Source of the DNA: Auanema rhodensis
Taxonomy: Eukaryota > Animalia > Nematoda
NCBI GenBank assembly: GCA_964057225.1
Contig: OZ059899.1
Coordinates: 14,446,001 to 14,510,000, forward strand
DNA: 64,000 bases
Direction: 5' to 3'
Shown here: positions 55,101 to 64,000 of the stretch, in pieces
How positions within the stretch are numbered: position 1 is the first letter of the stretch
Layout: each line of letters begins with the position of its first letter
The notes under the pieces: model-generated
What the model saw: only the letters and a program-made list of their open reading frames with translations
What the model was told of the DNA's origin: nothing
Database searches by the model: none
Made by a program: the position numbers and the translations under genes

Positions 55101-58100
55101 TTAAGATTTGTTGCTTTCGTTGACAATTTCTTTAACAAAGTTGACATCTCTTCCTTTCTCTCGCGTAAATCGATAGGTTCTGAAGATAGGAAAGGTTTGA
55201 TTTGGAAAATTAGAAGAAGAACTTACGTTCAGAGATGTTGGCTTCGTTGCTTTCGTTGTCTTCGACAGTGTCGACATCATCTTCTTCGCAGCCAATATTT
55301 TCGTAGTATGTGGCTTTGCGGAAAGGTCGCATCAATCTTGGGTTATCATGCTGAGTTTCTGAGAGCAATTCACAGAATCCCTTTTCTTGATAAGCGAATG
55401 GATGGAAGTAGTTCACGGCTTTGCAGCGTGGTTTCTCAGCACATTTGCGTAAGCATTCCTCATGTTCATTGACTGTCATAGTTGCTACCATAATTCCAAA
55501 ATAGACATATTCGGGGATAGCATCGGAACGCAGACCTTGAGGACACTCAGCTGCTGAAAGTGGCAAAACTTGAAAATAGTTGTTTGAGGTTAATTGAATG
55601 TATTGGTAGTGTAACCATATACAACTAATAGTAGAAAATTGAGGTAACTAAGTTTTTCGATTAATCCAGGAAATGACTATTATGTTAAAGATCACAAACT
55701 TTCACCAAAAGCTAAGAAAATTGAATACTAACCGGTTTCATCATAAGTGACGTCGTAGAAAGCTGGGGATCTGTCAGGGTTTAGATGTGCCCTTAGATCA
55801 CCCCACCATTCAGTAGTGGCAGATGAAAGGGAAAATAGACAGAAATGGAAGAGGAAAGAAGTGATGACAGTAGCGGTAGCGGTCCACATAGCTGGGAGAA
55901 TGTGTAGCGGAGACTGGAGAGAGCGCTCGGCTGTCGCCCATGAATGACCCCGCCCATCCTACCGATTGCCTGCCGTCTCTCCATCTACTCACCAACCCGT
56001 CTCTAAGATAGAGAGAGAGAAAAGAGAGCTATTTTTGTAATGCTTATCAGATTGTTTTACGATTTGTCCGTCGAACTCTGAGAATTATACCCATTTTCGT
56101 GTACCTGGTAATGAAGTGAGGCTAATGAACCCCAAGTACCCATAGCTGTATGAGTAGAGGTGTATATCGAAAATATCGTTCTTTCAGTACAAGCTAATTC
56201 TTGAATCGCACATAGTGCATTTTGTTCGAGGAATATGAAGCCCTAAATTTACTCAAGGTTATTGAAGAATGCGCGATTTTTGATTCTTCCACTTATTCAA
56301 CAGCCATTATAGTTTTTCAGTTTATCATTCCATGGATGACCGACGATAGCATTATTGTTTTACTTTCTGATGAGACAAGCGGTAGACGATAAAATGGTCC
56401 ACCCTTGATGAAATAACTAACTGGTTCTGCTTACTTGAGTTTGTGTTCATGCTAGCAGATACTTTTCTTCGAAACCCTGTATGGTGATTATGTTCCAAAC
56501 CCTCTGTTCTACTTCTGTGGAAATGTTTTTTTTCCACACCGCCTGTGCATAGAGAATTTAATAGTTATGTATTCTAAGATCTTTTTTTTTCCTTTTTTTA
56601 TTGCGTGATCAATTTTCTCAGGCTTGGAGTTATCAACAAGACTACTTTTCGATGAGTTGTCTCCTCTTTGACATCAGTGATTGATATTGCTTCCGCGTAT
56701 CGACCGAATTCCTCTATATCCAATTCCTAGAAAATTGAATGTGCGGTGTTGTTAGTGACGTCTGTAGAAATGCACCGCTTCTTATTTCAAACATTTTATC
56801 ATTTTTTTTGTCTTAAACTAGGTAGTGACTAATCTGATCAAAGTCACTCGCAGAACTCGGTGTTTTTACAATTTTTTACTATTACTAACCTGTTGCCGCT
56901 TTATACACAAATATTTCTTTTCAGATCACAAACGACTTGAAAGATCTTTGGATGATTGTAAGCGTTGCATCGACAGTGGCAAACTGTCCAAGCATGCAGT
57001 TGTCGCGATGGGCATAAATGTGAGTTATATTTACTTTAAAATTTTACTATTTCTTGATTAGTTCCCGACCAGTTCTATTTTATTCTTTTTATTTTTTTAA
57101 TTTCTTTTTTTTTGCTTTTTTTGCGGTTTTCTCCTTCAGAACTAGTATTTTTGGTTGTTTAAGAATGTTGTGTACGCCACTTGATGAAATCAATTATATG
57201 TTCTATCTTTCAAACTATAATCCTTCTCATGTTCATGAAAAAATGGGAAAAGCATTTGGCCAATTTAATTTTTTAAAAAATGATTTAGACCTATCTTGCC
57301 GTTGTGGAATGGGATGGTTTAGATGAACAACACTGTATTATTGTGCCAACTGCCCATACCAGCTCATCAATTCAATTGGACGAAAATGTTTGGGATGAAA
57401 TGAGAATATGGAGAAAAGGTACTTGTTTATTCTTTTGACATATAACTAAGAAATTGAATTTTTCAGGTCTCGTGGCAATGTGGAGAGAACAAGGAAAAGA
57501 TTGTATTTTCGTTGAAATGTCTCGGAACGTCCATCACAATCCTCACGTCGTGATAGAGTGCATACCATTACCTGAAGAAGATGGTGATACAGCACCTATT
57601 TATTTCAAAGTAAGTTCTTGCGCTTATGTAAGAAGTGTTAATGTGAGCACAGGTCAAACCGTGGTCATCATATGGCTATTTGCCATTGTGTTTTCGGACA
57701 AAGTTATCTTTTTCTGCCATCTAGTTTCTATTCCATTATCATTACCATCATTTAGTTCCGCCAAGGCCTACTTAGGTTTTGACACGGAATATGCAACTGT
57801 ACCGGCACGATTTCTTGAACTTGCGACTGATTCGAGAATGGGTTTTGAGCTAGTTAGATAGGAATTCCGATTATTTCGTTGAAAGAATTCTCAAAGATTG
57901 TTCGAGCCTGATGAGCAACATAAGGTTAAAATAAGAATACCGGTGATAGGATATCGTTCTATTTCGAACGCCGTAAATGAGACGTCAAAGATTAATCTGA
58001 TATCACTGCTATAGAGCGTGTGATTCCTGCCTAGTGGGTGTGTGTATTGACAGGGATTCTCTTGTCAAACATTATTTTCTTAAGGCCTGGAACTATTCAT

Positions 58101-59227
58101 TTGGTTAATGTAGTGATGATGACCACGCCTAATTGTTGGAATTCTAGAATTCTATGGATTGTTGAATGTGGTAATCGTTCAGCGTCGAAGTACCACCTAA
58201 TAGATTCTCTCAGAACCTTGTAGGGTTCTTCTGCACCTTAAAAGCATTGCGCACTTATTTAATTGGCTGAGGATGAGCTACCGGAACGTAATACTAGCGG
58301 TCATCATAGCTTCAGTTTGTCTCTAGTTTGTCCGCTAACTGACTTCCAATTGAAATTGAGCAATGGCAATACAGGTGCATAGCTAATTGTCCGGTCCACT
58401 TGTTTGTTTGTTCCGATTTATCTATGGAATGCGGTACATGAACTGGGTTTGCGCGGTCGTTCGGCTGGCGCCCCATAGTCTACCCGGTCTCTCTCACTTA
58501 TCTCCAGCCAATTATTGAACAATTCAATCATGGAAATGTTCTATTTGTAAAGTTTTCGAAATGCTTGATTGTCGGAGATGATGTTAGTTCTCTCAGCTCT
58601 GGGGGGATTTTTCAAAAATTTATTGATTTTATTGCAGAAAGCTATCAATGAATGCGAAGGAGAATACGCAGATAACAAAAAACTCATCGAAATTAAAGAT
58701 ATTAGAAGACAAATCCCGAAAGGCTTCAGGTATGCTGTTTATTTATGGTTATTAACAAAATTAATTCTTAAGTTATATGGCGGTAGACTTTGGTTTGTCT
58801 AATGGATATGCTCATGTAATTGAAGATGCAGAGCAATTTCCATCAACATTCGCCCATGTAAGTGGTTTTACTTTAATAATTCGAAATGGCTAAAAATTAC
58901 TTGCAAGAGTCACGAGTTTTTCCCGATTGTAAAGATTTGATGTTATCACATAACAACTTTTTGTATTGGCGCGAATAAGACAGTTATTCCTGATTTATGG
59001 CCCAAACAAAGTTTTTGAAGTGTACAACAATATAAAAGAATTAAATCAAAGATTAGTTTATATCAAATATGTTATTACAGGAGATAATTACTGGAATGCT
59101 TGATTTACCTCCTAATAAATGGAGAAAAAAGGAAAAGCAGTCGTTCTCAGAAGTGAAAGGAAAATGTGCTGCAATGAAAGCTGCATGGGAACCTTACGAC
59201 TGGACTAAAAAAATCCAACGGGACTAA
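52200..59227 (+). CDS. cwf-19L2: CWF19-like protein 2 (CwfJ domains)
   Basis: Motifs NKLNAKILKAEMKGD, LDDCKRCID, HCIIVPTAH, LDENVWDEMR, HVVIECIPLP, APIYFKKAI, IPKGFSYMAVDFGL, GYAHVIED and WEPYDWTK. Confidence 0.95.
55076..55744 (-). CDS. Small secreted PAN/apple-domain protein nested antisense in a cwf-19L2 intron
   Basis: Exons 55733-55744, 55616-55676, 55227-55568 and 55076-55179 give a hydrophobic leader (YLNFLLLVVYVLPLSAA), the PAN cysteine pattern C...ECLRKC....RCKAVNY...CELL...YYENIGC, and a tail ending GFRAAR*. Confidence 0.85.
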
Positions 59228-59881
59228 AAATACGTGTTAAACAATTGTATATATTGATAGCAAAGGATACAAACTTGCTGAAATGATTAAAATTTAATAA
59301 AAATATTTTTTATTTTCAGTTTATCGCAAATAGCGATTTATCTGTTTCATAGGCACATAAATATATCACTTTTTATTCAGCCTGTGACGTCATCATTCAT
59401 TTAATTTCTCGTTCGAATTTTTTTTTTTCAGTGAAACGGCTGAACAGAACGGTTGCATTCGAAAACTCCATTATCATTCTCTTATTTCATGATAGCTGTT
59501 TTTTTTTGTAACAAAGGGGTATGAAGTACAAGAGTGACCTAGGGATAGTTTGCGCTCTGTAGCTAATTTTCTTATCGTAATAAAGGTCGGGGTACGAATT
59601 TTGATGTCCCAACACGAACTACCGTAGTCTTTTTGGCACGCCTTTCATTTTTGGCAGGCCTAAACGTTTCTTTTAACTCTCGCGGGTATATTTCTTGAAT
59701 TTGATTTTGATTCTGAAGATTACTGTGATTGGAGAAGCAATCTGAATGGTTCTCTAATTGATTGATTTGTATTTGTGGCTCTTGCCTGGTCACCCAAGGG
59801 TGCTATTCATTTTCAAATCAGGTTGGTTTTTTCTTTCTAGCTATTTTCTTATTATGTATTATTAGCCTGCATATTTTCGAC

Positions 59882-60507
59882 ATGTGTGATAACTGGGGAA
59901 GTGGTTCAGACTTTTTTGGGTCTCAGAAGACCCTCAGTGAGCTTGTTGATGGATTGTCAACCAAGAAAACGGAGGTACAATTCTTTTTTGGCTTCAATGT
60001 TCTAATTGTTTCTCTTCTAGATAACTGAAGTGGATACGTTTCCTCTAGCTCCATCTCAAGCAGATAATATCGGTGTTCAAGTAGTGCCATGTGTAATGTC
60101 ATCTAAGCATAGCGCTCCAAAAATCTTGAAGAAAAAGAGTACTATCAACAAGATTAACAAAGAGCCTAATCTGAAAAAGGTTACTTTCGAGGTTTGTAGC
60201 TTTTTCCCATTGCAATCTTATTCTGATTATTTGTAGGTAGAACAACTTCTTGCTCGAGAAAGTGTTGGTGCTGACAAAGAAGAAATTCGTGATCGTCTTG
60301 TGGTAATTTTTTTTTGTTTTGTTTTGTTTTATTTTCATTTTTTTATAGTTATCTCTTGGAGGCTTAGCATCTAAGGGTAAATCTATTAACTACAAGAAGT
60401 TCCGAGAGGAAAGAATCTTACAAAAAGCTGCAGCGAAAGCTGAAGCTTTGAACATTCACCAAATTCCTAATAAGGTGATTATGAAGAAGAAGCCTAAGAA
60501 AAAGTAG
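59882..60507 (+). CDS. DUF4602/C1orf131-like small-subunit processome factor
   Basis: Four exons. KVTFEVEQL...DRLVLSLGGLASKGKSINYKKFREER resembles C1orf131 ARLEVHRF...AIMLGAKPPKKSYVNYKVL. Lys-rich tail. Confidence 0.65.
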
Positions 60508-60726
60508 TTTTCTTATAGCTGGTTCTTTTTTTGTTTTTTTTTTGTCACGCTGGCGTGTAAATAAACGAGGAATAGGTTTCCTTTGTTTTAATTTGTACAG
60601 TTGCACTAATATGCTATAGATAATAAATCTTTTTTGTTTAAAATTATCCATGTTTCTCTTTCTGGTCTTGTACCTGACATATCTTTACCAAATATTGAAA
60701 CACAATGTATAACCTTTATGTCTAGA

Positions 60727-62079
60727 ATGCCTCGTTCTCGTTCAGTGAGCAGATCTCGAAGCCCATCTGTGGATAATAAGGTCGGTTTTGCTTCTTTTTC
60801 TTTGCGTTCGCGGTGGTTGTGTGTGCGTACTTGGCCCTTTAATTTTGACATTGCACACGATATACATATCAGATATGAATGATAATCGGATCAAGAACAA
60901 GACCTTTATTCTGACAAGAAAGAACAAGAAAGAAAATGGAGAAGATTATAACAGAAGACTTTAAACATAGAGAAGATTTTTAAGAAGTACAAGAATTCAC
61001 ATCGTTGGATATTTCAAGATCCCTATGTGAGACGGTGAGTGGCGTCTTCGCCACAGTAGTTGTCCTCTATTCTGGGGATTTTTAGGATGAAATTTAAAAT
61101 TGTTTCATTGCAATCTTTGAAAGTTACTGCTTTAGGGCCGAAACTCAGCCTCTCGTTCTCGCTCTCGAAGTAGATCAGCTTCTGTGTCGGCCAGACGAGA
61201 CCGGTCTCGTTCTCGATCTCGTTCGCCCTACAGATCTCCGTAAGTTTGATTTTTTGTTCGCAACTTTATTAAAAGTAACTTTTAGACCAAGAAGAAATAG
61301 GCGCAGCAGATCCCGCTCTCCCCGTTATCGTGGTGGAGGGGGTGGAAGAAAAGGAGGCGCATGGGCTTCAAATCGTAATAGAGAAAATCCAGATCCAAAC
61401 AAGTAAGCTTCTTCGTTTCTTAAAAACTTAAGCTGTTGTTTTTGCGTGTTCCAGTTGTGTTGGTATCTTCAATTTAAGTGTATATACAACAGAGAAAGAC
61501 TTACGCGACGTCTTTGGGAAATATGGAGAGATAGAAAAGGTTAGACCATAACTGATAAATGTTGTTATAACTATAAGTTTTTTTTACAGTGCGAGTTGGT
61601 CTATGACCATCCTACAGGACGTTCTCGTGGATTTGGGTTTATATATTTTGAGAGATTGGAGGATGCTACTGCTGCCAGGGATACATTGAACGGGACGGAA
61701 GTAGATGGGCAAAAGGTAACTTGGTCTATGAATATGAATTTATATTTTATTTCTTCAGATTCGTGTTGATTACTCTATCACTAGAAGAGCCCATACTCCT
61801 ACTCCAGGACAGTACATGGGCAGCTCCAGGGGAAGAAGACGAGAGTACGGTGATCACCGGTATACTATTAATCATATAATTTCACATAAAAATAATTTCT
61901 TTAGTGGTAAGCGTGATTCGTATAGAGATGGCTATAAGGATTCATATAGAAGAAGAAGCCCATCGCCACGTCGCAGGTAATTTTTCTTCTGTTTATAATA
62001 TTTTAACATAACAAACTTCAGCAGACGTTCTCCTTCTCCGAGATATGACCGCAGACGTAGCCGCTCCCGTTCATATTAA
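60727..62079 (+). CDS. rsp-8: Transformer-2 family SR splicing factor
   Basis: RS1-RRM-RS2 layout with [33 protein letters not shown] and [21 protein letters not shown], ending RSRSRSY*. Confidence 0.96.
60873..61034 (+). other. Candidate poison (PTC) cassette exon in rsp-8 intron 1
   Basis: ATCAG acceptor, strong ACG/GTGAGT donor, in-frame ATA-TGA stop at codon 2, and about ten AGAA motifs. Confidence 0.75.
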
Positions 62080-62220
62080 TTACTTGTTTTTTTTTCTTTT
62101 TGTTTCCATTACTTTGTTACCCTATTCCATGTTAATTGCTGTAGTTCTAAATGGTCTCAATAAACCGCGTGTTGCTTTATCTATTTACAATTTATACAAA
62201 AAGAGGCTACAGGTCAAAGA

Positions 62221-62955
62221 TCATGTATTCGGTAATTTCCTGTACACTTCGATGAAAATTTCTGGAACTCCTGTCTCCTGCTCTTGTTCCATCTTCAATA
62301 GTTTTCTTCTGTACTTCTCCTGTCGTTGCCAAATAAGGTCTCTGAATTGGATCATTAAAAGAAATGGAAAAGATCCCTACCTTCTTAACATAGCTTTTTC
62401 TTCACGTTCCAACTTTTCGTGCCGTTTTATATATAGATCAGAGCTTGTTTTTTCCTCGCAATGTTTTGTTCCACGCAGGGGGCATAGAGGTTCCATCTAA
62501 AACAAATCCGAAAAAGTCAGAGAAAAATGATTATGTCATACGATCCGAAACTTCGGCACTTGTACTTCTTCATGTTTCACCACCAAATCGGGATTTTCAA
62601 ACATTATCTCAAAATAAAATCGCGATTATTAATGGTTATAATTAAAAACCTTATTCGGGCAAATAGTGTGTTCCACTGATGTGTCAACGTTTTCCTTTTG
62701 AGAAGGTGATTTGTTGTTACTTCGAAGAGGACGCATAATTTTATTCTGTAAAGTACAAGTAAATGTTGGGAAGAAAGTTATGAAAACAACCTCAGATTTG
62801 AGTCCACACCCTTGATTAGGAGAGTTGAATGCTTCCAAAACACCTTTCGTTGTAGTTAATTTGCCTTTTTTATGCTGTCTGGTTTTTTTGTCATTTTCTT
62901 TGATTATCCTATTTTCTTCTATTTTTTTAACTTTTTTTCTGCGACCTAGTGGCAT
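62221..62955 (-). CDS. PEHE-domain protein, MSL1-like (187 aa)
   Basis: Exons 62791-62955, 62650-62745, 62542-62607, 62381-62496 and 62221-62341 total 564 nt in frame. VQVPKFR...EEKTSSDLYIKRHEKLEREEKAMLRRDLIWQRQEKYRRKL carries the P-E-H-E signature. Confidence 0.8.
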
Positions 62956-63594
62956 TTTACCAGTAGCAAGAAATTCTAAAATAGGAAAATAGACGAAAAA
63001 GGTAAATTTCAATTGCAATATAGATAAAATTCAAAAAGGAAATTGAGATAAGACTTGTCTTCGTAATGATTTTAAAACCTTCTAGAACAGTTTTAATGAG
63101 ATGATAGCAAGAATGAACGAATTCACATGAATTGCTTACTAAAACTTCAAAGATTCTCCTTGAAACAGAAAAATTGTGGTGTTTCAGTTTGAAAAATCAG
63201 GCGTGACAATTTGTGTCAGCACTTTTCTGACGCCATGAAAAAGCTCGACGCTGGCAAATGTGCTTCGCGACGGAAATGGCATATTACGTACTATGCTTTT
63301 GAAATGAATATATTAGTTACTTAATTATTTATAAATTTTTTACTTTGTAATTAAATTTATTTGTATGAGCATTATAACTGGGATAATATTCAACAATATA
63401 TTTGAAAATTGGAAAGCTGATAGGGTGCCTAATAGGGAATCGACAGTGTGTGAAAAACATATATAGTTGTTTAATTAATTTAAGTGTAAAACTCGTATAA
63501 AATATATAATTACTTTAATAGAAATGTTCAAGTTTAATAATTTACATGTATAATTTAAAAAAATTTTTCTTCATCAAAGACATTTGGGGGTGAT

Positions 63595-63872
63595 TTATGC
63601 TGACACTTTCTTTAAAGAACTAAGTCCACCGGCTTTTCGAATTTCTGCCATTAAACTTCCAACTAAATCCGAAGGCATAGGAGCCTGCTTTTCCACCTAA
63701 ACAATTGATTAATTTCTGTTTTTTTTAATTTTCAAATACTGGACTGGTTTTCTTAAGGATTGCTTTCTGATTGATCAAATCTCGTGAATTGATAAGTGGC
63801 GGAGCAACAGGAGGCGATGGTGGAACATTGTTATTATTAGATATGCTAGGTAGCCGCTTCGTGTTTGACGTG
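63595..63872 (-). CDS. 3' end of a proline-rich, WH2-domain actin regulator (5' part beyond the window)
   Basis: Exon 63740-63872 encodes VPPSPPVAPP...QKAILKKT; exon 63595-63696 encodes SLMAEIRKAGGLSSLKKVSA*. Confidence 0.7.
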
Positions 63873-64000
63873 CTGAAATTTAAAAAATGAATTCTGGTTA
63901 TTTTCGTGACGTGACATCTTTTTTTTAAAACGTATGTTGCTCGATAAAGCGAATTTCATTTTTGTATTGTAATTGGCGTTAACCCGGTTGGTCATGAGAT

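Noticed and set aside
57611-57861. Hydrophobic extension of ORF 57454-57861
   Set aside because: It reads through the GTAAGT donor after APIYFK; the conserved protein resumes at KAINEC near 58638.
62045-62500. 151-aa plus-strand ORF after rsp-8
   Set aside because: It is the antisense shadow of the PEHE gene plus the rsp-8 3' UTR.
1-64000. tRNA, rRNA, SL RNA, CRISPR or bacterial/HGT genes
   Set aside because: None recognised by eye; all genes are intron-containing nematode-type. Small ncRNAs cannot be excluded without a covariance-model scan.

Overview
AT-rich eukaryotic DNA from a rhabditid (clade V-like) nematode, judged by the ~40-55 nt introns, TTTCAG-type acceptors, acceptors placed directly before start codons, and proteins close to C. 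elegans. I assembled 20 spliced genes by hand. In order they are: ptp-1 (3' part), a PTB/PID protein, a small coiled-coil gene, nlp-43, wht-1, wdr-60 (with an upstream X-box), prp-3, smrd-1, an orphan gene, pitp-1, pph-4, MYCBP, glrx-5, an RPamide-type neuropeptide precursor, mrpl-36, cwf-19L2 (hosting a nested antisense PAN/apple gene), a DUF4602/C1orf131-like gene, rsp-8/Tra2, a small MSL1-like PEHE gene and the 3' end of a WH2 gene. The first ~27.5 kb has long introns and many microsatellites; most of the rest is compact and operon-like. The strongest leads are: (1) a collapsed Maverick/Polinton-like relic at 10.1-11.7 kb with long inverted repeats and scrambled pPolB fragments; (2) an AGAA-rich poison exon in intron 1 of rsp-8/Tra2; (3) a minimal MSL1-like PEHE protein; (4) a divergent FRPamide neuropeptide precursor; (5) frequent AAG/GAG splice acceptors. 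All homology calls come from motif recognition and memory; no database search was run.
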